Below, one piece after another: positions 31,345 through 41,691 of a stretch of 64,000 nt of DNA (its first letter is position 1; each line of letters begins with the position of its first letter). The notes below the pieces were generated by a model. That model was given only the letters and a program-made list of their open reading frames with translations. It searched no databases and was not told the origin of the DNA. The position numbers and the translations under genes were made by a program. Source of the stretch: Bdellovibrionales bacterium (GTDB lineage Bacteria > Bdellovibrionota > Bdellovibrionia > Bdellovibrionales > UBA1609); contig CBDHDF010000010.1 in NCBI GenBank assembly GCA_965261545.1, forward strand, positions 64,001 through 128,000. Direction: 5' to 3'.

Positions 31345-33283
31345 CCTGAAATCCCCTTCAGTTATGACTAGGTTTCAGGACCAAAGGCTTGCATAAACCA
31401 AGACCTAAGACCTGCCTTCAATGAGAAGAATAGTGGCCATTATTTTTTTTGTATACTCAAAATAAATAAATCTTTGCCTCCTTTGTTTCTTTTCGACTGG
31501 ATTAAGGTATGGAAACTGAAGTACAATTTCATTATGAGGACAGGCTCTAAAGCAACGAATACACTATATTTTAAACCTGTGATCCACATGAGTTCCTATG
31601 TTAAAGGTTGAGTAAATAGTCTTCTGCTTCCCTGATATTTCTCCCAAAACGACCTTACCTGTTGCTAACTTATAAAATTTCAAGCGATCTAATATTTTAT
31701 AGACTTCATCTTTTGAAAAATCTTTATAAAGTTCCTTTTCTTTCATTACATGATCGATCCATGAAATTAGAATCAAGGCTATAAAGTTAATAAAAAGACT
31801 TCCTTTCATATTTTGAAGAGAATGCATTCTATTTCTTTTTTCATTAAGATTATGCTTTAAAGAGAAGAATATTTTTTCTATACTATCTTTGTTTCTATAC
31901 AAAGATAGTACCTCATCCCTAGAGATATTTATCTTAGAATCTGTTAGAAGGATGACGCACCCCATGCGATTGATTTCTACCTCAAGATCATCCACATTTC
32001 TTTCTAAAACAAAATATTCATTCTCCTTTTTAATCTTAAAAAATTTCTTTTGAACTCCGAAAGTATCATTTATATAGGTGCGACAAGAAGATTCATCTTG
32101 AAACGTCTTCTGATAGAAAATATTTTCAAATTCATATATCTTTGCAAGAAATTTAGACTCTTGTTGAGTTCTTTTTTTCTTGTCCAAATATAGGTGGGCT
32201 ACACAATCTACCTTCCCTATTTTTATCTTCTTTTGAGCATACCAAAAAGAATCTCCATGGAAAAGAAAGGCTGAAGCTGGAGACAGAAGATCATAAGATA
32301 ATGAATCTACAATTTCTTTGGAAATACTTGGAGTAAAACTCATGGGAATAATATAAGATAAACTCTTCTCATCCAAATTTTTAATATTCTCCTGGCTATA
32401 AAATCCTTTGTCTAAAACCAGACATTTTAAACTTATTTTGTATTCTTCAGTTAAAGTAATAATATTATTCAAAGTGGTCACGTCGTTAATACTCCCCGGA
32501 TATATTCTATAACTAATGGGAAGGCTTACACTCTTAGATTTCGGATCTGTTCTCATGTCTTGACTGAGAATTCCCAAATTAATCTGATCTAGATTATCGC
32601 CATCTCTATTATAACCTCTCTCCAAGAAATCATTTCCAGAACCATAAGAAGAAATAGACGTGATGTCAAACATTACGGCCTGAGAGGAAGACTTGTTTCT
32701 TTTGATCCATTCAACAAAAAAATCCTCAATTGCCTCTTCATCTCTACCAATTATAGATAAAAATTTACTTATTGATCGTGAATCTAAGCTATTCTTCTCG
32801 GAAACATAGGACCCTTCACACCATAATGGATACAAATAATAAGGCTCTTTTTTAATGACTTTGAAGAAAGACAAATAAAGGATCTTTTCATAATCTTCTG
32901 GAAAGGCTTCTTTAAGTACTTGTACTAAATTTAATCTTTTGCTAATCTTTTTTAACAAGTGAAGAGAACCAACATCCTGAGAACTTGTGGGGGTGGAGGA
33001 TCGAACGGCAGGAATAAGTTCACCCGTAGCCTGATCCTTCTTACCAAGGTAAACCCTTTTCTGACGAGGCTGCTTTTTCTCTTTATCCCAATAGCTGGTG
33101 GTCCTATAAAGGTAAGTCTGGCCCTTGATTTTTTGCTCATATATGAAAGACATAGTTATAATTATAACTATGTTTGCGCCGCATTAACAATATTTAAAGA
33201 ATATAAAAACACGATACATTCGATCTGAAGAAGAAATCTAGCCTTTAGACTAGGACCTAGTTATAACTTCGGGGGATTTCAGG
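31345..33283 (-). mobile_element. IS1634-family insertion sequence
   Basis: Terminal inverted repeats CCTGAAATCCCC..AGTTAT.ACTAGG at 31345 and its complement ending at 33283. Confidence 0.85.
31564..33153 (-). CDS. IS1634-family DDE transposase
   Basis: YLYRTTSYWDKEKKQPRQKRVYLGK, FDITSISSY, GYNRD, LDKGFYS, YRNKDSIEKIF. Confidence 0.9.
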   Translation of the reverse strand: MSFIYEQKIKGQTYLYRTTSYWDKEKKQPRQKRVYLGKKDQATGELIPAVRSSTPTSSQDVGSLHLLKKISKRLNLVQVLKEAFPEDYEKILYLSFFKVIKKEPYYLYPLWCEGSYVSEKNSLDSRSISKFLSIIGRDEEAIEDFFVEWIKRNKSSSQAVMFDITSISSYGSGNDFLERGYNRDGDNLDQINLGILSQDMRTDPKSKSVSLPISYRIYPGSINDVTTLNNIITLTEEYKISLKCLVLDKGFYSQENIKNLDEKSLSYIIPMSFTPSISKEIVDSLSYDLLSPASAFLFHGDSFWYAQKKIKIGKVDCVAHLYLDKKKRTQQESKFLAKIYEFENIFYQKTFQDESSCRTYINDTFGVQKKFFKIKKENEYFVLERNVDDLEVEINRMGCVILLTDSKINISRDEVLSLYRNKDSIEKIFFSLKHNLNEKRNRMHSLQNMKGSLFINFIALILISWIDHVMKEKELYKDFSKDEVYKILDRLKFYKLATGKVVLGEISGKQKTIYSTFNIGTHVDHRFKI

Positions 33284-33611
33284 TTCCTAGACTATGTGGA
33301 TTGTCCGAGAAAAGGTCGAAGGCAGTTCAACCCTGGAGGCCCCACAACCTCAGTTATGGTCACCAATGATGTCAAAAGAGAGCTTCAAGTGGACTTGAAG
33401 GTTACCAGAGAATGAGGTGATAAGTTTGGACGTTATCCATGGTGCCTCTCGCTTCTCTCATAACGAGAGGCACTACATAGTTGTTGGCCTCTTCATCGAA
33501 GAGGGTAGAGATCACGCTCTTTCCATAAATATGAAGTTGTGATACGTTACTTTATTTAGATCAACTTTTCTTACTTTCTGTTAACCATGTTCAAATTTAA
33601 GAGTGCGTTAA

Positions 33612-33701
33612 GGAGCTGTAGGAAAATAACTTGAAATAATTAAGGGCCAGTCCCTTTACTCAAAAACCAAAAAGTATTTCAAGTTATTTTCCTACACCTC
33701 C
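33612..33701. mobile_element. 90-bp MITE with 27-bp TIRs and TAA target duplication
   Basis: GGAGCTGTAGGAAAATAACTTGAAATA and TATTTCAAGTTATTTTCCTACACCTCC (1 mismatch); TAA at 33609-33611 and 33702-33704. Confidence 0.75.
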
Positions 33702-33788
33702 TAAGTGTTGATTTTTAGGTAGTTGATCAAATTATCGTGACAATGATAAGGCTTGGTCAAGAGAAAGTAATAAAGTCACATGAAACCC

Positions 33789-34079
33789 TCATTTATTAAG
33801 TCGCCTTTCTAAATCCTCAATCTTTTCTTTTTCTTCTAGTGACTTTCTTTTAAGAAAAAAATATGTCCAGGAATTCTTACGGTTAAAAAAATAATGTAAA
33901 GAATAGAAACAACTTAAAATACCATGTAAGAATATCCAAACTGCAATCATCAAATCGCCAGATGTTGTTGGAGTTTGAGTTATAAATAGAGATACCACAA
34001 ATATAGTAAAAAACACACTAGATAAGAAAAATATAGTACTGAATACAATTTTTCCTTCATAAAGTATGATAGACTTCAT
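33789..34079 (-). CDS. Two-TM membrane protein downstream of herA
   Basis: Two hydrophobic helices and a charged tail; SD GGGAG; starts 17 nt after the herA stop. Confidence 0.6.
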   Translation of the reverse strand: MKSIILYEGKIVFSTIFFLSSVFFTIFVVSLFITQTPTTSGDLMIAVWIFLHGILSCFYSLHYFFNRKNSWTYFFLKRKSLEEKEKIEDLERRLNK

Positions 34080-34096
34080 TTCTTTGATACTCCCTT

Positions 34097-35986
34097 CTAT
34101 TTATCTTCTTCTAAATTGCCCTTCCAATTTATGATTAGATCTATTGTTTTGTTATCAGGTGCATGTTTCTCTGGCTCCATCTTTGCAATATCAACAACAA
34201 CTGGCACCTGTGCTAATAGGCCAGCTAAAATACAAGTCCCAGTTGGCAATATTGGTAAGTAATCAAAGGAAACCCTATCAAGATATGAAATTGTCTTTCT
34301 TACTGCTTCAATATCTTTATCATTAATCAATCTATGCAAAAAATAATTGTGGAGTTGAGATATTATAGTTGCTGAAATATCCGCAGGGCGCTGACTTGAA
34401 ATTGTTAAGAAGACTCCAAATTTTCTTCCTTCCTTGATAATTTCCTCGAAAGTTTCTAATCTATAATCTTTCCATACTTCACTCTCCCTGTCAGATGAAT
34501 CAGAAAGAATATTATGAGCTTCATCAATAATAAAATTTAATAACTTTTCTTTTTTATTTTCTTTCTTTTGATCATCATATAATTGCTTGCATATCAAAAG
34601 AGGAAGAATTTTCTTCATATCAATATTAGTATTCTTCATAGAAATAACTGTAAAAAATGATTTTAGCCCATTATTATCATGGTCAATTGTAATTACCTTT
34701 TTAAGATCATTAATTCTTTTTTCAAGCCTCTTAATTAAAGGTGAAAGGTGTTCTTGATTGCTGTAGCCTTTTACAATATCACTATAATAATAATAAATTA
34801 TTTTAATATGTATCTTATCAAATTCATCTAAGTTCTTAAGTTTGTAGCCTTCTTCTTTAATTCCAAGTATGCATTTGATTTTATTTAAGAACACCTCCAA
34901 TGAATCTGCATATGTTTTATATTTATCTATCTCTATATAGTAGGAATTATGTTTTTTGTTAAGTTTTAAATGTTCTCTTAATTTATTAAGATGAATATTT
35001 TTATGTAAAAAATACTCCATTTCTTTTAAAAAATTAAAAATAATTCCTTTGTCAATATTTTTGTCTTCATTTGTCGTGATTTCTCTTATTATATCTTCAA
35101 TATCTGAATCATCAACATCTTTCTTTTCTAGAGTTCTCTTTAAAAATGGTGCTTGAGTTTTTTCTGTTGCTGTTAAAAAAACAGACCAGAACACGGAATC
35201 CCTTATGACGCCTATCTTAAGAGGAAATTTGCGATATTCTACTGGTTTATTTTTTGTAGATAAATTAAATCGTTCTGCATATATAATCTCATTATTATCC
35301 ATGCTTTTATTAGAAATGACTGCATTATCATTAATGTATTCTCCATTAAAATCAATAAGAATGAATTGAGAGTTATCTCTAAATTTTTCGTTATTTTTAT
35401 ACCTTTCAAATAATTCTCTATAGATTTTTGCAAGAGTATAAGATTTTCCACTACCAGTATTTCCAAATACTCCAATATGACTAGCAAATAAACTATTTAT
35501 ACCAACACTTATTGATTGACCTTCTTCAAAAGACAAGGATCCAATAGTTATTGGCTCATCCCCATCTTTTATAAACTTATGTATATTACTGAATTCATCT
35601 TTTTCTAAGAGAAAACATTCATTTCCGATTAATGGCAGTTCTTTGATGCCTCTCTCAAAACCTCTTGAACCAAAGAATCCTAAGAGACTAACATTCAAAA
35701 TACGATTTATCTTTTCTTTTTCATTTCTATATTCTTTTTTTGAAAATTTGTCTTCGTCGATATACTCACCCTCAATTTTTCCTATAATCTTTGTAAAACC
35801 CTTTAGAATTTTTACATAACCACCAACAGAGATATTTTTTAATAAACTATTCTTGTAAATAATATGAGATGTATTCTTACTCTTATCGACCTTAATATCT
35901 ATAAATCTTCCTTTGACAGAAATTACTTCTCCTATTTTAAAAATAGAATCCTTTAGGATAAAATTATTATTAATTTTATTTTCCAT
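34097..35986 (-). CDS. herA: HerA/DUF87 ATPase of a Sir2-HerA defence system
   Basis: HAS-barrel-like N-terminus, HIGVFGNTGSGKS, IIDEAHNIL, KEGRKFG, SSQRP; overlaps the SIR2 stop. Confidence 0.9.
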   Translation of the reverse strand: MENKINNNFILKDSIFKIGEVISVKGRFIDIKVDKSKNTSHIIYKNSLLKNISVGGYVKILKGFTKIIGKIEGEYIDEDKFSKKEYRNEKEKINRILNVSLLGFFGSRGFERGIKELPLIGNECFLLEKDEFSNIHKFIKDGDEPITIGSLSFEEGQSISVGINSLFASHIGVFGNTGSGKSYTLAKIYRELFERYKNNEKFRDNSQFILIDFNGEYINDNAVISNKSMDNNEIIYAERFNLSTKNKPVEYRKFPLKIGVIRDSVFWSVFLTATEKTQAPFLKRTLEKKDVDDSDIEDIIREITTNEDKNIDKGIIFNFLKEMEYFLHKNIHLNKLREHLKLNKKHNSYYIEIDKYKTYADSLEVFLNKIKCILGIKEEGYKLKNLDEFDKIHIKIIYYYYSDIVKGYSNQEHLSPLIKRLEKRINDLKKVITIDHDNNGLKSFFTVISMKNTNIDMKKILPLLICKQLYDDQKKENKKEKLLNFIIDEAHNILSDSSDRESEVWKDYRLETFEEIIKEGRKFGVFLTISSQRPADISATIISQLHNYFLHRLINDKDIEAVRKTISYLDRVSFDYLPILPTGTCILAGLLAQVPVVVDIAKMEPEKHAPDNKTIDLIINWKGNLEEDK

Positions 35987-37123
35987 TTTTTTTATTTATT
36001 TCATCCAATAATTTTCCAAATAGTTTATTTATATTTTTAAAATTATATTCTTTACAAGATTCTTCTTTTGAGTTATCTATTTCATTAGAAATGTATCGAA
36101 TATTTTCATTGTTCGGGTGAGATTTTTCTAATTCTTTACGTATACTTTTTTCAGATTCTTGATTATACGGAAGAATATAAATTCCAAGGGTTGGATTTGA
36201 GTTGGCAGCTCTTACAGTTACTTCCCTAATATGTTCATCAGAAAATGAAAATCCCATTACAAATAGTGCTGTATTCTCTTTCTCTAATTCACTTGAATAA
36301 ATTCTTAAAAGCTCGTAATAATTTTTATTCAAAACTGCTGTCTTAAATTTTTCTTCCGTAGGATTTATAATTAAAAGGTTTTCCTCATATTTGTTAATAA
36401 ATTTGTCGCATATCTTGTGTTTATTTCCATAATCTTTAAGATTATTTATCGATTCGAGATTTCGATCGAATAAAATATTTTCTTCATTCGATCCTTTCGT
36501 CCACGTTAATGATCCATGAAGTTTTATTAGATTAAAAACCGGAAGCTCGTAAGTATTATCATAATGTAAACTTTTTCTAAAAAAAGATCTATTGAAATTA
36601 CTCAATTTAAATAAACGCTCAAAACTTCCACTAAATCCATCGTTGTACTCCAAATTTATATCTTCCAATGATTTTTCAAAAAGATATCAAAATTTGTTGT
36701 AAATATATTTATTTGTTTACTTAAAATAGAATTTTTTCTGTTTAAAATAATAGTATTTATTTTTTTTAGAAACGTCTTGTAATTATCTAATATTTCTGAT
36801 GGATCTGATCTCTCGCTACCATCGTTCATTGCAGTGAATTCTCCAGAAGTCATTCCCTGAGAAGGAGATGTATTCTCTTTTTGACCGAATCGTAAGATCT
36901 CAATATTCTTACTTATTACTTTATCAAAAAAATCTTTGTAAATTTCATATTTTTTATGGCGATCTGGATTTTTTTCTTTTGAAAGTTCTTTTAATTCATT
37001 CTCTGTGTTCCCAAGTAATTGAAGAAAAGGAGTAGATAAGCCGGAACCAACTAGAAAATTGATGTTACAATCTTGAAAGATATATTCTAATTCACTGAAT
37101 AATGGTAGTTTATTATCTTTCAT
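35976..37123 (-). CDS. SIR2-like NADase, apparently frameshifted near 36680
   Basis: NFLVGSGLS, IFTTNFD, YNDGF, LIKLHGSLTW, FVMGFSFSDEHI. T5 to T6 in GATATCTTTTTGAA gives TTNFDIFFEKSLEDINLEYNDGF. Confidence 0.88.
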
Positions 37124-38126
37124 AATATTTCTTACTCATTTTTATACACTTAGATAAGATATCTAAACATAATAGGTAAATCTGAAATCTTAGATAGGAA
37201 TTACCTAGTTTCTATCGACGTTTATAAAAATAAACAGTAGTTTAAGTTTTTGTCACAAAGAAAACTAGACCAATGGGCAGAGATCAGGAAACGCAAATAT
37301 AATGGACCTATGAAAGTAAATCTTGGATACGAAGAGTACTCGCTACCCAACAAATGGATGGATCAAAACCCGCACGCTATCGAAACCATCGATGAGAAAG
37401 CTGAGAGGCGGCTTCCTAAAACAGGCATTTCCATTTCTGGAGCCGAAACCGGATGTAAGTCGCACCTACCTCACCTTTCTTATCTTCGCCCTTAGCTTGA
37501 TTTGGTTTTGCGAGCCGACAAGAAAGAAGTCTGTGGTAATGATGACAACAAGAAGCACGCTGACTGATTTGTTTGATTCCATAACCCCCAATGGGAGTAT
37601 TACAAAATCTCACTGCAAAGTCCGGAGGGCCTCTACTCTGTAAGCCTTGAGTCACCGATTTCATTTTAATGAGGCTCATACAAAGCAAAGCAGGCAACCC
37701 AGATCTTGTTATAAACTCCATCCATCTTGTTACAAAATCCCGCTGTAACAAGGGGCCTCCACTCCGTGAGTCATGAGCACAGGATGAGTTGCCGGCCTCG
37801 ATTCATACGGCCCGAGAGGCCCATCCATTTCACTTCAATGAGCCCCACCACCGGGGTTGAGTCGAGACAGATAATCCAAATTTTGCCCACCCCTCCGGCA
37901 AATCTTGTTACAAAATTTCTACTGTAACAAGGGGCCGTCACTCCCCCAAACAGCAAAATGGTAACAAAACCTTGGTTATTTTGAGGTTGGTTGCACGTCA
38001 TCTCTGCGTAGGTTTGAGTTGAGGGGAGGAAGAAATTCTGCCATTTTACGGGAGGGTGGCCCTTCAAAGTTAAGTGATTATAGGGCCTTGATTCTCTTAA
38101 CTTGCCTTGTTGGAGGCATCTCGGCG

Positions 38127-38162
38127 CACTAGGTACTCAGGATTTTAAGTCCTGCGTGTCTA
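38127..38162 (-). pseudogene. tRNA-Leu(UAA) fragment
   Basis: Minus strand TAGACACG-CAGGA-CTTAAAA-TCCTG-AGTACCTAGTG: 3' side of the D-arm, a perfect anticodon arm (TAA) and the start of the variable arm; no acceptor or T arm. Confidence 0.7.
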
Positions 38163-38550
38163 AAGACAAATTTCTCCAACAGATGAAAGGTTAATTTTGA
38201 TAACATTTTGTAATCATTAACCTTTGAAAGACGAAGCTCTCCACTAAGTCCATGAAAATTCAGCAAATACGGCCCTTTCTTACTTCAAGCCAACGTCAAG
38301 AAAACCTTGAAGATACGTCCAACTGACCTAGGCGTTTGTTGCGTATGTGTTGCGGAATAAGGGCAAAAATCTTGTTGCGGTCGAGAACGCAACAAGATTT
38401 ATATCAATAATGAATTCCATCGCGGCAGGCTTTTAATTAACCGCACGCGTCATTTAAGTGTTTGAAATTATTGAATATTTAGCCTATGAACTTATAATAG
38501 AGTTTTAAGGATTGACTTTTTCCAACAAGTAGCCGATATATATTAAGTAA

Positions 38551-38612
38551 CATCCCTACTTGGTTCGCTGGGTAGGTGCGAGGCGGCTGAAGGGCCGCTT
38601 TCGTTTCTTTTT
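38551..38612 (+). ncRNA. Candidate small structured RNA/terminated leader upstream of the NYN nuclease
   Basis: Hairpin 38555-38576 (9 bp, gUUCGc tetraloop, 3 G-U pairs), hairpin 38580-38601 (9 bp) and a U-rich tail; TTGACT at 38512. Confidence 0.55.
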
Positions 38613-38625
38613 AAGGCTCAAAAAA

Positions 38626-39258
38626 TTGAAAACAAATGTTTACATAGACGGATTTAACCTCTACTACCGTTGTTTAAGGTGGACACCTTATAAATGGCTT
38701 AATATAAAAGAACTACTAGATATAGTGCTTACAAAGTCCCATAATATTATTAAAATAAAATACTTTACAGCTCCTGTAAAGTCTTCTTCCAATGATAAAT
38801 CCAAGCCAGAGAGGCAAGCGACATACTGGCGAGCCCTTGATTCTATTCCAAATTTAGAAATTGTAAAAGGTAAATTTAAAAAAAGACAGGTTAAGGGACG
38901 TCTTCTTCAATCAACAGTAAAAGAGCTTCAAAAAGGAAGTATTGTAAGTGTTGAGAAATATGAGGAAAAAGAATCCGATGTTAATATAGCTTCTCATATT
39001 CTTTTTGATTGTTGTAAAGCAGATTTAGATTCCATCATTCTTTTGTCAAATGACACAGATCTAAAAACTCCTTTGCATTTTGCGCGGAAGAATTTTAAAA
39101 AGAAGGTAGGTATTATCTCTCCGACAAAAGAAAAAAATGAAATACATCAGGACCTAAAAAAAGTATCACATTTCTCCGTCAATATTACAGATGAATTGTT
39201 AAAACAATGTCAATTTTCTGCAGTTGTTAATAAGATTAGAAAACCAGTATCTTGGTAA
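38626..39258 (+). CDS. NYN/LabA (DUF88) PIN-fold nuclease
   Basis: VYIDGFNLYY, YKWL, KYFTAP, EEKESDVNIA, LLSNDTDL with acidic catalytic residues intact; likely TTG start at 38626 (SD TAAGG). Confidence 0.88.
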   Translation: MKTNVYIDGFNLYYRCLRWTPYKWLNIKELLDIVLTKSHNIIKIKYFTAPVKSSSNDKSKPERQATYWRALDSIPNLEIVKGKFKKRQVKGRLLQSTVKELQKGSIVSVEKYEEKESDVNIASHILFDCCKADLDSIILLSNDTDLKTPLHFARKNFKKKVGIISPTKEKNEIHQDLKKVSHFSVNITDELLKQCQFSAVVNKIRKPVSW

Positions 39259-39517
39259 TAATGGCGGGGGGAACAGTCCTTTCTTACTTCAAACCAACTC
39301 AAGAAAGCCTTGAAGATACATCCAACTGACCTAGGCGTTTGTTGCATATGTGTTGCGGAATCAAGGGCAAAAGTCTTGTCGCGACCGAGAACGCAACAAG
39401 ATTTACTCGCTATGTTCCAGCTTCCTGTAAGTTACATTTCCTAGATTCGTGAAATCCAGTCAGGGGTTTGGATGAGGTTGGTCACAGGCGGCAGCATGCT
39501 GCCAAAGCCCCTTAGCA

Positions 39518-40126
39518 TTAGGGTTGAGCAAATAAATGAGGGCATTGAGATTTAAGTGATTCGTAACCTGCTACTATTTGGTTGGTTGCAGAATCCTCCG
39601 CCAAGTTTTGGCAGCAAGGATTTGTAGCAATTATTTCCAAGTCTGAAGACCCTTCTTTGGACATAGTTGGATTGAGGAATATAAACCAATAATAACATAT
39701 GTTCATTGCCTTAGTGGTTTTTTCAAACACTAATGTGTAGTTCCTGATTGTAGTTATGATACGGTTTGCACACTCTTCCCTACTAAATTCACAAGTGTCA
39801 TTATGGTCCTTATCAGCATGTTTGAAAAAATTTTGTGTTTTATTTAGATATTTAAAAACTTCTTTTTGGTCTTCTTTTTTGAAACGCATACTCAACTCCT
39901 CATTCCATGAGGAGTGAACATTGCTCGGAGCTTTCGATCGCTCAAGTTGCCGATTTAAAATTTCTGTGCGATTATTCTTGTATATCCCTTCAAGAATACC
40001 ATAAGCGGCACCGGACAGTGTGTGTGCAGAAATCAAACTTTGATTCTCAAAAAATAGCTTGATCGCTGTCTCCAACTGCTGTGTCGCAGCTTCTTGTTTG
40101 GTCACTTTCATACTTTCTTCGATCAT
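39518..40126 (-). CDS. HEPN-like hypothetical protein
   Basis: KQEAATQQLETAIKLFF...SAHTLSGAA...NKTQNFFKHADKD, a degenerate Rx4H motif (QNFFKH). Confidence 0.5.
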   Translation of the reverse strand: MIEESMKVTKQEAATQQLETAIKLFFENQSLISAHTLSGAAYGILEGIYKNNRTEILNRQLERSKAPSNVHSSWNEELSMRFKKEDQKEVFKYLNKTQNFFKHADKDHNDTCEFSREECANRIITTIRNYTLVFEKTTKAMNICYYWFIFLNPTMSKEGSSDLEIIATNPCCQNLAEDSATNQIVAGYESLKSQCPHLFAQP

Positions 40127-40200
40127 CGTCTTACTTCTCCTTTAAACCTCTTATAATAGAAAAGAGTATTCTTGGCAAATCCCGAGTTTGACAGCAGCAT

Positions 40201-41691
40201 CGTATTGGGTCATAAGTAAACGACACCAAGGAGCGGTTTGTCATTTTGCTCATCTTATGCCACCTCCTTGATATTTTCCTGTCGTACTAATTTGAAAAAC
40301 TCTTTAAGTTTTAGTTCAAGTCCCCTCTTTAGCTCAAAGGGGTTGAGTTCAGCTTTACGCCTCCTCAGTGCTTCATCCTCCTCATGGTTTAATACCCCAC
40401 TTTCAATAACTCTCTGATAGGGAGTCTTAGGGGTGCCATACTTTTTCTTGATTCTGGCTCCCACTCGTACCTTTTCCTGAAGTTTAAATGTGGGGAGAAA
40501 GAAGTTCTGGAGGGGACTCCAGTGGTTTTTATAAATGTCATTCATTAAAGGAACTAGCCTTGGATCTTCAAACCTCTCATAGCCAAACAATTCTCTGACG
40601 TGGGTGAAGTTTTTTTGCTCAATGTAGCAGTTGTCATTCTTTTTGTAGGGGCGAGAACGAGTGAACTTGATGTTAGATAATTGGGTGAATTGAAGGACAG
40701 GCTTGTTTAAGAACTCACTTCCTGAGTCTGAGTTCATGGCCAGTAGTTTAAAAGGTATAGCTTGGTTAATGTTGTTGATTTGCCTTCTCACCTCCGTCCC
40801 TTTCTTGGTAAACATAGCCCGACACTCTGTCCATGTGGTGTTAATGTCGGTCACTGTAAGAGAGCTGATAAAAGGGCCTTGGGCACTCGTTCCACAGTGA
40901 GCAACCGTATCTGTTTGTATATAACCAGGCCTTGTGACCTTGGAGTCCAGTGTATTGATGGGAACCTTATTTTTCATATATTGGGCAGGACAGGTTGTGG
41001 ACAATCCCTTAGAGACCACTGAAGCCAAGCGAATTTCCTTCAGATAACGCTTCAAGGTGCTGGCACTCATTTTTTCTAACTGAAGCTTTAAGTGGGGAGG
41101 ACACGACTCATAATTGGGGAGCCAATCCGGTAGAGCGGCTTTTATTCGTACAGCCGAGATTTTTTCCATTTGTTCCCACAAATATTTGATGTGGGGTCGT
41201 AACTCCTCTTGAGAATAAGCCAGAGGCCTCCCTGACCGCTTGAGTGGCACAGAGCCATTATTTTGTTGAATCTCGTTTAATCTCCTTATGAGTCGCTTCC
41301 TAGAGAGGTTTGTGACCAGTTCCGCATGATCTAGCAACTCCCCTTTTTTAGCCTTAGAACTTTGTTGATATAAGCCTGAAATTGCAGTTAAGTAAGCATT
41401 AACAGCCGACTCCCTCACTGAAGACCCCCTCGTTGATTGTTTGTTTCCAAAGATCAATCTTACTGAGAGGATCAACAGAGGGGTAGCTCGGCTGATCTGT
41501 TTTAGAAGGCGTAACAACCGGTGTCTTATTGAGTGAGGGAGTCTCCTCAACGCACATTTTTGACTCAAAAAGAGAAAAGTGGGAACTCGGTGTCGGAATA
41601 ATGAGCCAGCCAGGTGGAGGACCATAACCCGGGCACCACGAAGGTGTTTTAATGTGATGCGTCTTGGTGTCGTTATTTTTGACCCAATTCG
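40201..41691 (-). mobile_element. rve/DDE (ISNCY-like) insertion sequence
   Basis: Imperfect TIRs CGTATTGGGTCATAAGTAAACGACACC and GGTGTCGTTATTTTTGACCCAATTCG; GCAT duplicated at 40197-40200 and 41692-41695. Confidence 0.82.
40255..41418 (-). CDS. Integrase-core (rve) DDE transposase
   Basis: PGYIQTDTVAHCG, NSDSGSEFLN, RSRPYKKNDNCYIEQKN, KTPYQR; likely GTG start at 41418. Confidence 0.85.
   Translation of the reverse strand: MRESAVNAYLTAISGLYQQSSKAKKGELLDHAELVTNLSRKRLIRRLNEIQQNNGSVPLKRSGRPLAYSQEELRPHIKYLWEQMEKISAVRIKAALPDWLPNYESCPPHLKLQLEKMSASTLKRYLKEIRLASVVSKGLSTTCPAQYMKNKVPINTLDSKVTRPGYIQTDTVAHCGTSAQGPFISSLTVTDINTTWTECRAMFTKKGTEVRRQINNINQAIPFKLLAMNSDSGSEFLNKPVLQFTQLSNIKFTRSRPYKKNDNCYIEQKNFTHVRELFGYERFEDPRLVPLMNDIYKNHWSPLQNFFLPTFKLQEKVRVGARIKKKYGTPKTPYQRVIESGVLNHEEDEALRRRKAELNPFELKRGLELKLKEFFKLVRQENIKEVA

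Larger units (their letters stand above)
37724..39405. repeat. Four related palindromes CTTGTTRC-N10-12-GYAACAAG; the last two lie within 128-bp direct repeats
   Basis: Palindromes at 37726-37752, 37904-37931, ~38371-38396 and ~39375-39400 (the last with one mismatch); direct repeats at 38274-38401 and 39278-39405. Confidence 0.8.

Noticed and set aside
37250..37643. Two overlapping short plus-strand ORFs
   Set aside because: No motifs; possibly a decayed gene, not supportable.
38127..38162. Functional tRNA-Leu
   Set aside because: Acceptor stem and T arm are missing.
37724..39405. Palindromes as integron attC sites or a CRISPR array
   Set aside because: Order is GTT...AAC, the reverse of attC. 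Spacing is irregular (about 180, 470 and 1000 bp), and no IntI or cas genes are present.
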